Shown piece by piece: positions 31,542-40,698 of a DNA stretch of 64,000 bases. The stretch is from Terriglobia bacterium (lineage in GTDB: Bacteria; Acidobacteriota; Terriglobia; JAJPHL01; JAPKYU01), in the NCBI GenBank assembly GCA_965206645.1, contig CBDBKE010000004.1, positions 992,001 through 1,056,000 on the forward strand, read 5' to 3'. The notes beneath the pieces are model-generated. The model searched no databases. It was not told where the DNA came from and worked only from the letters and a program-made list of their open reading frames with translations. How positions within the stretch are numbered: position 1 is the stretch's first letter; each line of letters starts with the position of its first letter. Made by a program: the position numbers and the translations under genes.

Positions 31542-32845
31542 TCAGTCTCCTTTTGTGGGCCGGGGCACCAGCACGTCGGAAGTGAACCAGACGCGAAGCC
31601 GATGCCCGGCGCGCATTGTGATGGTGGGTAAACGATTCAAGAAACGCTGCAAGATTTGGGTGGCGCTTTGTCCGAGTCCCTGCCCGGCACCGGCCCGGAA
31701 GCCCGCCACGCCGCCCTCGTAAGGGTTGCCGCCTTGCGCCGTGAGTCCGGCCAGGATGCCGACCGCCCCGACAGCGGCGAACATGGAAAAGTAGTGTCGG
31801 TTGACTTGATCTTTCAGGGCTCCCTCGCCGACTTGATTCAACCCATGAAAGTCGAGCGACACCCAACGCCCGTCGAGGTAGATCAAGCGGTGGAAACTCA
31901 CGGCGAGTCGGGCTTGGTCCTGATTGGATACGGCCTGAGCCGTGCCAATGACCCGCGCCCCTCGCGGCACCAAGATGCGCTGCCGGTCTGCCGAGTAAAA
32001 AGGCACCAAAACCACGGCCAGGACCGGGCCGGGAAAGTCACCGGAAAGCTGCGTGACCAGGACCGCTTCCAAAAACGAGCCTTCATGGATGCGCTCCCAA
32101 CCGGGGGGATCATCCGGCCCGTCAAGGCGGGCCGGAGAAGAGTAATCCCGCGCCGGTGGGGGGCCCGCTGACGCCGTGGGAACGGCGGGCGTGGCCGCAG
32201 CGGTTGGTGTCCCTCTGAGTGCTTCGATAAACGCTCGGTCCGCCTGGGCCTCCGCCGCTACTTCATCTTCGAGGCCGGTCGTGACCGTCCCAATCGTGTC
32301 GAGGGCCTGTTCGAGCGCCGCCGCCCCTTCCGCTCTCATGGTGTCCGCCATGCTAGGTTCGGGGCGCATGGAAGCGCCCTCGCCGGTCGCTGCTGCGCCG
32401 CTCGAGGGCTTCCAGCCGCAAGCGTTCCCGGAGTTTCCATTCTTCCTCGCTATAGGGTTGCCCGGTGTCGGGACTCGGCCCGGCCAGGAGCATCGCTTCA
32501 TCGACACTCACCCGGCCCGCGCCGATCCCGCCTCCGCTGGCCCCCTGTTGTCGTTGCTGCCGTCCCTGCTGCTGCAAAGCCCGCTCCGCCGCTTGTCGGC
32601 GCGTCTCCGCTCGAAGCGACTCCGCTTCGACCTGCGCGGCCATCTGATTGGCGAAGCTCCGGGGCGCGGTCTGCTCTGCAGCCCGGATCGGGCGAAAGTT
32701 CCGCTTCCTCGCCGCCTCCGAAATAAATCCAGTACGTCAGGAACACGAGGACCAGAAGGGTGATGATCCCGACGCCCCATTGAGTGACGATGCCGCCCGG
32801 CAGCGATCCCGCCGGTTTGGGGTACAGCCGCCGCCAGCCGATCAC
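31542..32845 (-). pseudogene. virB10: VirB10/TrbI broken by at least two frameshifts
   Basis: TM region (32498-32905), coiled coil (32353-32643) and TrbI domain (GALKDQVNRHY, LPTITMRAGH; 31542-32507) lie in three frames. Confidence 0.8.
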
Positions 32846-33681
32846 GGCCCGATCTCCGGCGCGGTGAAGCGCCATCGGACTTTTTGTTTGCCGATCTGCA
32901 ACCACCCGTCACCCAAAACGTGGCGGGCGATATACAGCCCGTCCTCGCCCAGATCGTAGGCCACCAGCGCCGGTTTCCCGTCCTTCTCTTCGTACAGTGC
33001 GGGCGACTCCTGGGGGTTGGCGCGAAGGTAGGTAAACCGCCCGTCGTGCCACATCCCTTCGACCAGGAACGGCCATTTCTTCGCCTTGTCCTCCAATCGG
33101 TAGGGGAACTTGAGGCGCGTGGGATACTCCGCCCGGAACGCCTCGGTTTTCTGTGCCTCCACGCGCGCCGCGTCCGCGATCCGGGTATCCGCGTCTACCT
33201 GTGCGGCCTTGGCCGTCTCGATGGCTGTTTTCGCCATTTGCTGATAGGCCGCAACCTGGGAGCGAGCGACAAAGGCCGGTTCGTGCCCGACCGGTGAAAT
33301 GCGCGGGTCGGCTTCTCCCTGCGCCTCGATGCGAACCACCAGGTGCGGATCTCCCGCGCTCCGCTCGGTGACGAGGAATGAATAGATGCGCCCCGACTCG
33401 CAAACCAGCGCGACGTTGGTAGTCACGCCCTCGGCGATAGGTTTGAGGAAGGCCAGATTTGCGGCCCCGGTCAGGTGCCAGTACTCGGAATCTCCGACGA
33501 CAAAATCCAGCACGTTTTCCGTCGCGGGAAGCACGATGACGGTGGTGTGTCGGGTCTTGGCCCGAATCCGGATGATTTGATCCTGGGTCTCGATGACGCG
33601 GAGCACCGGCCCGCCGTCCTGAGCGATCAGCGGGCCGGTAAGAGCAAGTAGCGTGGCCGTGATAAGTGAAACGATTTTCAA
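32842..33681 (-). CDS. virB9: VirB9/TrbG
   Basis: Signal peptide, TTVIVLP...GDSEYW, LKP, DGRFTY motifs. Confidence 0.88.
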   Translation of the reverse strand: MKIVSLITATLLALTGPLIAQDGGPVLRVIETQDQIIRIRAKTRHTTVIVLPATENVLDFVVGDSEYWHLTGAANLAFLKPIAEGVTTNVALVCESGRIYSFLVTERSAGDPHLVVRIEAQGEADPRISPVGHEPAFVARSQVAAYQQMAKTAIETAKAAQVDADTRIADAARVEAQKTEAFRAEYPTRLKFPYRLEDKAKKWPFLVEGMWHDGRFTYLRANPQESPALYEEKDGKPALVAYDLGEDGLYIARHVLGDGWLQIGKQKVRWRFTAPEIGP

Positions 33682-33687
33682 CGTGAG

Positions 33688-36111
33688 CTACCTCCTGGAC
33701 AGGTGTTCAATGGCCTCGGTGAGGCCATACTGTTTGACGGCTTCCGCCCGCTTCTGAGCATCGACCGGCGACGAGGTATAGAGCCAATAGCTGGCCGGAT
33801 CGACTTCGAGCCGCAAGATGCCCGCCGCGTCGGTGCGCCGTAGATAAAGCTCCCGTTTGGGGATCAAGCCGCGAATGGTGTTCATTTCCGAAGGGTTGAG
33901 CCGGAAGGTGTCTGCGGCTTTCTCCGGCAAATCGGGATTGGCGAGAAATAGCTTGGTCGGCATGGATTCGAGCAACGCTTCCGCCCCTGCGGTTCCGGTT
34001 ACGTCCACGGCGCTCTGCGTGGCGACGACGAGCGCCGCATTCTTCTTGCGCCAGGTCTTCGCGGCTTCGGCCAGGTAGCCGAGAATGGCCGGGTCTTGGA
34101 GGTAGCGCCAGGCTTCATCGACCACCATGAGTTTTACCCTTGCGGTCTCATCCGGGTTCTCCAAAGCTAGCCGCAACCGTTCGAGAAGGTAGAACAGCGC
34201 TGCTTCGCACAAGTCTTCGTGCTCCGCCGCGCCCGCCATGTCGATCACCTGCCAGTCCTGGAAGTTGAGATCGTCTCCGTCTGCCGGGTTGTCAAAGTAC
34301 CTGGCCCACGCTCCGGCTCCGTGCCAACGGCCCAAAGCGGGCCACATCTTTGCGGGAAGAGAACGGACCAGCACCCCAAGGGTCCGCCGCTGGGGTGCAA
34401 AGGCATAGAGGTCTTCGACGCGGGCGCGAATCTCGCTGGGGTCTTCGCCACTGAGTTTCCACCCGCCGATCCTCAACAGACGCGATATCCAGCCGGTTAG
34501 GAACCCGAAGGTGCGCTCCCCGACCGGGAGCGAGAAGGGGCGCAACCGGAAACCGGCGCTCCCGCTCCCGTCGGGGGATAGCTCCATATAGCCGCCGCCT
34601 AGAAACTGCGTGAGCCAGCGATAGGAGCCGCCGAGATCGAGAATGAGAACACGCGGATCGTATTGGAGCGCCTGAACCAGCAGGAAATTGAGCAAGAAAC
34701 TTTTACCCGCGCCGGTCGCGCCGAGAACCAGCGTGTGCCCCACGTCGCCTTGAAACAAATCGTAGTGGTAGGGAGTCCGCCATTGGGTCTCAAGGATCGC
34801 CAGTGCCGGCTTCCGCAAGTGGCCGCTCCGGGGTGTCCCCACCGGCGGCCCGAAGATCGGGGCCATCGAAGCAACCGCGCCCGCCGATACAAACACGGAT
34901 CGAACCTGCCGCCGTCGCGGTTGCGCGGGCATCCGCGAGAACCAGGCCGGAAGCTGCCCGTAACCCTCCCGGATCACCTTGGCGTCGTGGCTGTTAAAGA
35001 TGCGCCGAATATCTCCGTCCAGGCTCTCGGTCTCCGATAGCGGGCCGTGGATCGCCACGGTCAGGGCCAGGTCGCCATAGGCGATTCCGTCCGTCTCCAA
35101 CTCGACCAGGGCATCGCCCAGCCGGTCGGATTCAGCCGCCGCTGCGGTGTCCACCATCGCCGCCGTCGTCCCTTCGGTTTCCTGAACGTGCGCGGACATC
35201 GAGTAGCGCTTCGAGAAGTAATGCCGCTGCGCCCCACGGATTTTGCGCCGGGCGGCATCGAGGCGCTGCGGCCGCCATTCGAGCGTCACCGTCATCGTTG
35301 CATCGAGCCGGTAAAGACCCTGCAGAAGGTTGGCGCGGGCCGCTCCCGGTGGCGAAAGCAGCGAGTAGAGAATGACGGGTTCCCCGTCCAGGCGCAGATT
35401 GCGCCGCTCCGCTTCGAGCTCTGAGATGGCCAGCCGCCAATTCATGCCGCTGCCCCTCGCGCCGTCCCAAAAAGTTCCGGGCCGGTTCGTGAGTTCATTC
35501 AAGACGAGAGACGATTCCCGCGCTTCGAGCATCCGCACCGGCGTAAGGTCATCGACCAGCGCCCGGCTTGCCTCGACCAGCTGCCGAAAGCCCGCCGCCG
35601 CCGATTCGATAGAGGAATGGAGGTAAACGGATTCATGCCGGTTCCGCCGCCGGGCCATCCAGTTCTTGGCATAGGCCATCCACCACGGCCCGCCCGTCCT
35701 CTCGGTGGTGACGGCGGACAGGTGCGGATCGTGAACCCATGCAACGTAGGCGCTCACGTCCTGCACTCGTTCTTCCAGGAACGCCCGGCGCTTGCGCCGT
35801 CCGAGCGTGGCCACGCTCGACGCCGCGCCGTCGGTATCGTCCGCAAAGTGGATCGGGCGGCGCAACAGATAGAAGTAAAGACGCGTCCGGGAATCGAGCC
35901 CCGACAACATCCGCTGCCAGCGGTCGATCACTCGATCCAGTTGTTCGGGCGTCTGGCCGTCCAGAACGCTGGGCGTCACCCGCCCGATGCTCAGAAGTTC
36001 TCCCGCCCGCGTCAGGCACGTTCGCCCATCTCCCAGCCAGCCCCACCAGGGCAGTTCCTCGGCCAGCGATCCCGCCGCTTCGTAGTCCATGAGTTCGTTG
36101 TCCACATTCAC
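33688..36111 (-). CDS. virB4: VirB4/TrbE ATPase
   Basis: GHTLVLGATGAGKS, VDEAW, RKKNAA, ATQS. Confidence 0.93.
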   Translation of the reverse strand: MNVDNELMDYEAAGSLAEELPWWGWLGDGRTCLTRAGELLSIGRVTPSVLDGQTPEQLDRVIDRWQRMLSGLDSRTRLYFYLLRRPIHFADDTDGAASSVATLGRRKRRAFLEERVQDVSAYVAWVHDPHLSAVTTERTGGPWWMAYAKNWMARRRNRHESVYLHSSIESAAAGFRQLVEASRALVDDLTPVRMLEARESSLVLNELTNRPGTFWDGARGSGMNWRLAISELEAERRNLRLDGEPVILYSLLSPPGAARANLLQGLYRLDATMTVTLEWRPQRLDAARRKIRGAQRHYFSKRYSMSAHVQETEGTTAAMVDTAAAAESDRLGDALVELETDGIAYGDLALTVAIHGPLSETESLDGDIRRIFNSHDAKVIREGYGQLPAWFSRMPAQPRRRQVRSVFVSAGAVASMAPIFGPPVGTPRSGHLRKPALAILETQWRTPYHYDLFQGDVGHTLVLGATGAGKSFLLNFLLVQALQYDPRVLILDLGGSYRWLTQFLGGGYMELSPDGSGSAGFRLRPFSLPVGERTFGFLTGWISRLLRIGGWKLSGEDPSEIRARVEDLYAFAPQRRTLGVLVRSLPAKMWPALGRWHGAGAWARYFDNPADGDDLNFQDWQVIDMAGAAEHEDLCEAALFYLLERLRLALENPDETARVKLMVVDEAWRYLQDPAILGYLAEAAKTWRKKNAALVVATQSAVDVTGTAGAEALLESMPTKLFLANPDLPEKAADTFRLNPSEMNTIRGLIPKRELYLRRTDAAGILRLEVDPASYWLYTSSPVDAQKRAEAVKQYGLTEAIEHLSRR

Positions 36112-36114
36112 GCG

Positions 36115-36411
36115 CTATCTCCGAATCAGGATCGTCCAGGGAGAAGCCGCCCATTTACCGGGATCGTAGCGGGCGCGAAACTTTGCGGACGCTCGCAGGA
36201 TTTCAAGCATGTTGGGGTCTTGTTTCCAGGCCCAAAATCCCACGCCGTAGAGCACTCCGAAAATGACTCCCCCGGTCACAATGGAGTTGATGGCGTTCCA
36301 CATGGCAAGGCCCAACGTGGCGCTCAACAGGAACCAGCGCCGTTCCACGCCCATGATCGTGAGGGGCTTGCTGAGCGCCGGGTATCCGCGCCATGTCTTG
36401 CCGCGCTCCAT
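36115..36411 (-). CDS. virB3: VirB3/TrbD
   Basis: ALSKPLTIMGVER, two TMs, QDP motif. Confidence 0.85.
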   Translation of the reverse strand: MERGKTWRGYPALSKPLTIMGVERRWFLLSATLGLAMWNAINSIVTGGVIFGVLYGVGFWAWKQDPNMLEILRASAKFRARYDPGKWAASPWTILIRR

Positions 36412-36704
36412 CAGAAGAGCCACGCCAGAAAGTTGGCCGCGCCCATGGCCATGCCAAGACCGAAGACGATCCCGGCCAGGGCCTTTTTGCTGCCGCCCTC
36501 GCCAAAGGCGAACATGAGCCCGCCCACCACGATGGCAATCAAGCTCAGTCCTCGCGCAATGGGTCCGGTGAACGCCGCCTGCAGCACGTCTATGGCTTGC
36601 AGCCAGGGGCTTGTTCCCTGCGCCATGAGTTCTCCCGCCGATAGTGCAAGGGCGCTCACCAGCAGCGCTCCCCGCTTCCAGGTGATTGAGTTGTTGTTCT
36701 TCAT
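36411..36704 (-). CDS. virB2: VirB2/TrbC pilin
   Basis: Signal peptide, SPW...FTGPIARGLSLIAIVVGG. Confidence 0.88.
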   Translation of the reverse strand: MKNNNSITWKRGALLVSALALSAGELMAQGTSPWLQAIDVLQAAFTGPIARGLSLIAIVVGGLMFAFGEGGSKKALAGIVFGLGMAMGAANFLAWLF

Positions 36705-36736
36705 GCTTCCCTCCGTGTCTGTTGGGTCGCTGTGCA

Positions 36737-37060
36737 TCAGGCTCCGGGAAACTGCCCCCGGTCCTCTTGTTCCAGTTTCTCGGCAAGCTCGATTTGCCCG
36801 CCCTCGCCGCGCCGGATGGACCGCTCCATCAGATCGACCTTGCGGCCCATGTCGGCCAGCCCCAAGGCACGGGCGGCGGAGTAGATCACGACCATAAGCG
36901 TCACCACGGCCAGACCGCCATGCCACGCGACGGGTAGCCAGTAGTCGGTTGCGATGATTCCTAAGTACGGCTTGAGATAAGCGAAGCTCTCGCCGGCGAG
37001 CATCAAGGCCACGGCCAGGATGATGGCCGTCAGTCCAATGCTGATCTTCCACGGTTGCAT
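36737..37060 (-). CDS. Hypothetical two-TM membrane protein
   Basis: RBS GGAG, two hydrophobic helices, within tra operon. Confidence 0.7.
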   Translation of the reverse strand: MQPWKISIGLTAIILAVALMLAGESFAYLKPYLGIIATDYWLPVAWHGGLAVVTLMVVIYSAARALGLADMGRKVDLMERSIRRGEGGQIELAEKLEQEDRGQFPGA

Positions 37061-37070
37061 CGCTTCTCCC

Positions 37071-37970
37071 TCAGAGTTCGATAGAGCCCTTGTCTCGTCT
37101 GCCGCCGCTTCCCCCTCCGCCTCCGGTGCTGTGGTCCTGGCCGAGCGCCCGCGCTACTCGCGCCGCCGCCCGCCCATTGCTTCCATGCACGGCGAATCCA
37201 GCGGCGGCTTTTGCGCCGATACTCTTGGCGCTGTAGTGCTCGGTCGCAATCTCGACGTTCACGCGCCCGCTGCGGCCTTCGATGTCGCTGTATTCCAGCT
37301 GCGCGTCCGGGTACTCCACCCGTCCATCCTTGACGGGGAGCCCCAACTCTTCCGCCGCCTCAAACCGTGCAGCGTCCGCCGCCTCCTTTCCGCCTCGCGC
37401 TCTCGCGCTTTCCGTGGCGCGGGCGATCTCGCCTTTAAGCTCGGCGTCAATACGGACCCGCTTGAGGACGGCTCCTTGTTCGAGCAACCGCACTTGCTCA
37501 ATCCTTGCGGCCCGAAACACCGCAACATCGTGTTGCAGTTCATTGGGCTTCACGAGGCCGCTCCATGCCTCCTGCTCTTTGTCGAGTCCTTGTTCGCGGG
37601 CTACCCGCTCGGCCCGCTCTACTCCGCGCTCGGTGAGCGTGAGCACCTTGTAGGTGCCGCCTTGCGGCCCCTCGGCGCTGTGCTCCCGGACGTGCCCGGC
37701 CCGAATCATGCGATCCACGGCCCGACGCGCCGCGTAAGGGTGTCCATCGAAGTGAGCTTTGGCCAGGTCGCGGTAGGCGACACTCCGATACATCCCCAGG
37801 TCGGCCACCGCCCGATCCGCCCGCTCCTGGAAGTTCTTGCGCTTGGTGCGGGGATCGTATTCGCGCCGGTGGCCGTCGCGCTCCCGCCGTTCCCGTTCTT
37901 TGGTGTGGTCGCGCCTGGGGCGAGTTACGGTCCTGCGGGGATCGGTAGCTAGGTCTCGCGGATCGAACAC
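37071..37970 (-). CDS. Replication-relaxation (PD-(D/E)xK) family protein; candidate relaxase
   Basis: wHTH (LTLTERG) then LQHD, YPDA, VEIATEHY...K pattern. Confidence 0.65.
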   Translation of the reverse strand: MFDPRDLATDPRRTVTRPRRDHTKERERRERDGHRREYDPRTKRKNFQERADRAVADLGMYRSVAYRDLAKAHFDGHPYAARRAVDRMIRAGHVREHSAEGPQGGTYKVLTLTERGVERAERVAREQGLDKEQEAWSGLVKPNELQHDVAVFRAARIEQVRLLEQGAVLKRVRIDAELKGEIARATESARARGGKEAADAARFEAAEELGLPVKDGRVEYPDAQLEYSDIEGRSGRVNVEIATEHYSAKSIGAKAAAGFAVHGSNGRAAARVARALGQDHSTGGGGGSGGRRDKGSIEL

Positions 37971-37979
37971 GACGGCTCC

Positions 37980-39065
37980 TTACCGGCTCAACCCAACCTC
38001 GCGTTGGAGCTTCTGCGCGTGTTGTTCCGTGGATTGCTTCGGCGTCTGGCTGATCTGAGGCCCGCGAGCATGAGAATATTGGTGGCTCAACTCCGCCGCC
38101 GTCTTCTCCTTGACCGGCGCTTCGCGCTCGTGCTCGACCGCACGATCCATCAGGTAATCGGTCATTCGCTGCGCGTCCCGCGCCGCTCTATGAATCTCGT
38201 GCGGGTCTTTTTCGAGCACCGCAACCCAATTCTCGATATAGGCCGCGCCGCGCTGCGGGTCATGCCCCACGCCCACGCGCTCCCCCGTCATCATGGCGCT
38301 GATCTCGGCCCGCAATTCCTCGCGGGCGTACTCCGGTGATCCAAAGCCCTTATCCAGCCCGTCCTTGAGCGTGTCGCGGTTCATGCGATCCGGGTGGCCG
38401 GTCGAGTGGCCGCATTCATGCAGCGCCGTCTGGTAGTAGCCGTTGCGCGTCGGGAATTGGGACGGCTCCGGGAGCACCACCTTGTCCTCGGCGATCCGAT
38501 AGTAGGCCCGATCTCCGGGGACGTGCTCGACCCTCGGCCCGCTGGCCTCAATCACCTTCTCCGCATCGCGGTGGGCGTCCCATTCAGGCCGCGCCTGTGC
38601 CGAGCGCGGCTTCAACTCCAATCCATCGGCCTGCTCGACGTTGAACACGGTGTACTGCTTACAAATCGGCTTTCCACGCTGCTCTTCTTCGTAGATCGTC
38701 TTCCCGTCCTTGTCCTTGAGCACCTTGCCCTGCTCGTCCTTTGCGGTTCGTGCCGTCCGATCCGTGAAAAACAAGACCTGCGTCCCTTTCTCGCCTTTGC
38801 GAACCTGCCCGCCCGCTTCTTGGATCTGGGTGTAGGTACCCCAACGGTTGTCGCCCCGTCCATCGCGGATACCCCGGCTCATCAGGTAGAGGCTGTTGCC
38901 GCCCGTGTAGGATTTGCCGGTCGAGAAGTTTTCCGGGCTGCTCTGCTCCCCCGGCTTCCACGGCTTCTGCCATGGCGCCACTCCCGCCTTGATTTGTTCG
39001 ATGAGTTCCTCGCTGACTTTCTCGGCGTAGTCTTCCCCGCGCTGCCAAAAGGATTTTTTAGCCAT
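37980..39065 (-). CDS. ardC: ArdC antirestriction protein
   Basis: APWQKPW, YTGGN, GGQVRKGEKG, VFNVEQ, HECGHSTG, YAREELRAE. Confidence 0.92.
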   Translation of the reverse strand: MAKKSFWQRGEDYAEKVSEELIEQIKAGVAPWQKPWKPGEQSSPENFSTGKSYTGGNSLYLMSRGIRDGRGDNRWGTYTQIQEAGGQVRKGEKGTQVLFFTDRTARTAKDEQGKVLKDKDGKTIYEEEQRGKPICKQYTVFNVEQADGLELKPRSAQARPEWDAHRDAEKVIEASGPRVEHVPGDRAYYRIAEDKVVLPEPSQFPTRNGYYQTALHECGHSTGHPDRMNRDTLKDGLDKGFGSPEYAREELRAEISAMMTGERVGVGHDPQRGAAYIENWVAVLEKDPHEIHRAARDAQRMTDYLMDRAVEHEREAPVKEKTAAELSHQYSHARGPQISQTPKQSTEQHAQKLQREVGLSR

Positions 39066-39255
39066 CGGGTGCCCCCGTTTCAATTCGCTCTTCAAACTTC
39101 GCCCGATGCTCGATCATCCGCCCAAAACCTCCGTCCCTCGGTTTCCACGGCTTCTGCCAGGGCGCATCGCCACGCTTGATCTGCTCCATGGCTTCCGCCG
39201 CAACTTTCTTCGCAGGGCCTCTCCCAGGCTGACCGGCGCTAGTCATGGGGATCAC
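39058..39255 (-). pseudogene. Duplicated ArdC N-terminal fragment
   Basis: AKKVAAEAMEQIKRGDAPWQKPWKP matches the ardC start. Confidence 0.6.
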
Positions 39256-39433
39256 TCCGCGCCGCGTCGATCTCTTCCACGGTGCCCACGTCCTCGTTCA
39301 TAGGCACTCCGATCTGCTCCGCCAGTTCCCGCGTCAGTTCAACCGCGAGCCCTCGATTCAGCGCCTCGTGAAATTCAGCCTCGGTTGTGGCCGTGGCGTA
39401 CTTCTCGCCGTTCTCGTCCTTTTTGGGAATCAT
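39239..39433 (-). CDS. Small hypothetical protein
   Basis: RBS GGGAG, acidic protein-like ORF. Confidence 0.55.
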   Translation of the reverse strand: MIPKKDENGEKYATATTEAEFHEALNRGLAVELTRELAEQIGVPMNEDVGTVEEIDAARSDPHD

Positions 39434-39454
39434 GGTTTCTCCCTCTCTTGGTTG

Positions 39455-39895
39455 CTAACGCCCATCAAGAAGTGAAGGCCGCTTGAGGGGCGCAGACCCC
39501 CAGGTGCGGCCGCAGATGATGCAGGCGGGTTCAAATTTGGCGCTCTCGGCATATCGAGCCTCCCCGGAGACGCTTCCCGATCCGTTTTCGGACCGGGAAG
39601 GCTCCGCTGCCACGATGCTGTCCGAATCGAAGTTCGCGGGGGAAGTATGATCCGTCACGCGGCGGCGCCAGCGTTCCCGGTAGGCCCGTTGCCGGTCGCG
39701 GTGATCGAGCCGTCCCTCCCGGCTTTGCTGGTGCCGCCGGTTGGCGGCTCTCAGTTGTTGCCGCCGTGCTTTCCGCCGGCATCGGTCGCTGCAGTATCGG
39801 TGGCCCCGGTCACAATGACGGCAGATCCAGAACACCGCGCCACAGCCGACACTCCGGCAAAACCGTTGGCGCAGGGGCTCTTCGCGGGTCCCCAT
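39455..39895 (-). CDS. Cys/Arg-rich hypothetical zinc-binding protein
   Basis: CxxxxC...CxxCDRGHRYCSxxC followed by Arg-rich helix. Confidence 0.65.
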   Translation of the reverse strand: MGTREEPLRQRFCRSVGCGAVFWICRHCDRGHRYCSDRCRRKARRQQLRAANRRHQQSREGRLDHRDRQRAYRERWRRRVTDHTSPANFDSDSIVAAEPSRSENGSGSVSGEARYAESAKFEPACIICGRTWGSAPLKRPSLLDGR

Positions 39896-40387
39896 CGCCG
39901 CCCTTCCGGCGGGACTGGCCAACCGCGACTCGGCTTGGCAGGCGGGATCTTATCTACGGAGGACGTTCGGTTGTTTTTCGGGTCGGCACAAAAAACCCGA
40001 TCGCTGCTAACGGTCGGGGTTTTCCCTTTCCGCCTTCGGCCAAATCACGCGCCAGACCGCGTATCCCTCGCCTAGCGGCGGCTGTCACTCGCTTTGCCTT
40101 AGCTGGTCCTTGCCAGGCATCGCGAACGGGACGCACGACGCGATCTTAGGCGTGGCTATCTCAGCGACCCCGATCCTCCTGGTGCTCTGGATCATCAATC
40201 GGATGCGTCACCGGGAGCGGAGCTTCCAGAGCGCGGTCGGGGTCTCCCTCTTGGAATTCGTCCTTGTGCCTTCCGTATCGGCGGGCGCTGCTTTTCTTGG
40301 GGTTCGATCCGGCGGGGAATTCAATCAGGCGCTCGGTGTGGGTGTCGTTCTCTACATCCTCGGTTCTTGGATGTTTCGCCGGTGGAT

Positions 40388-40678
40388 CATGTAGAGCGTA
40401 TAGGGGCCGTTGACGCGCTTGTACTCTTTCCGGTGGCCGGGGTTGGTGCGGGGCAGGCTGCACAGCGCCATCATTCGCGCCATGAAGCCTGGATCGGGGT
40501 CCGCTTCGCCGGCGCTGACAAGCTGGTTTACTTGATCGGCCACGGTGAAAGAGTGCCGCGCCTGGGGCGTGGCTTCGCGGATCGCCTTCACCGGCCCGTC
40601 AGGCCGGAGAGAACTTCGGCGGCGAGAAGCAATCCTTGTTTGCTCTGCATGCCCTATTCTCCCATGCCCCTCAGACAA
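40388..40678 (-). pseudogene. N-terminal fragment of plasmid-type RepA (RepA_C)
   Basis: DQVNQLVSAGEADPDPGFMARMMALCSLPRTNPG paralogous to the repA at 59796. Confidence 0.8.
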
Positions 40679-40698
40679 GACAGGGACACTACCGGCGT

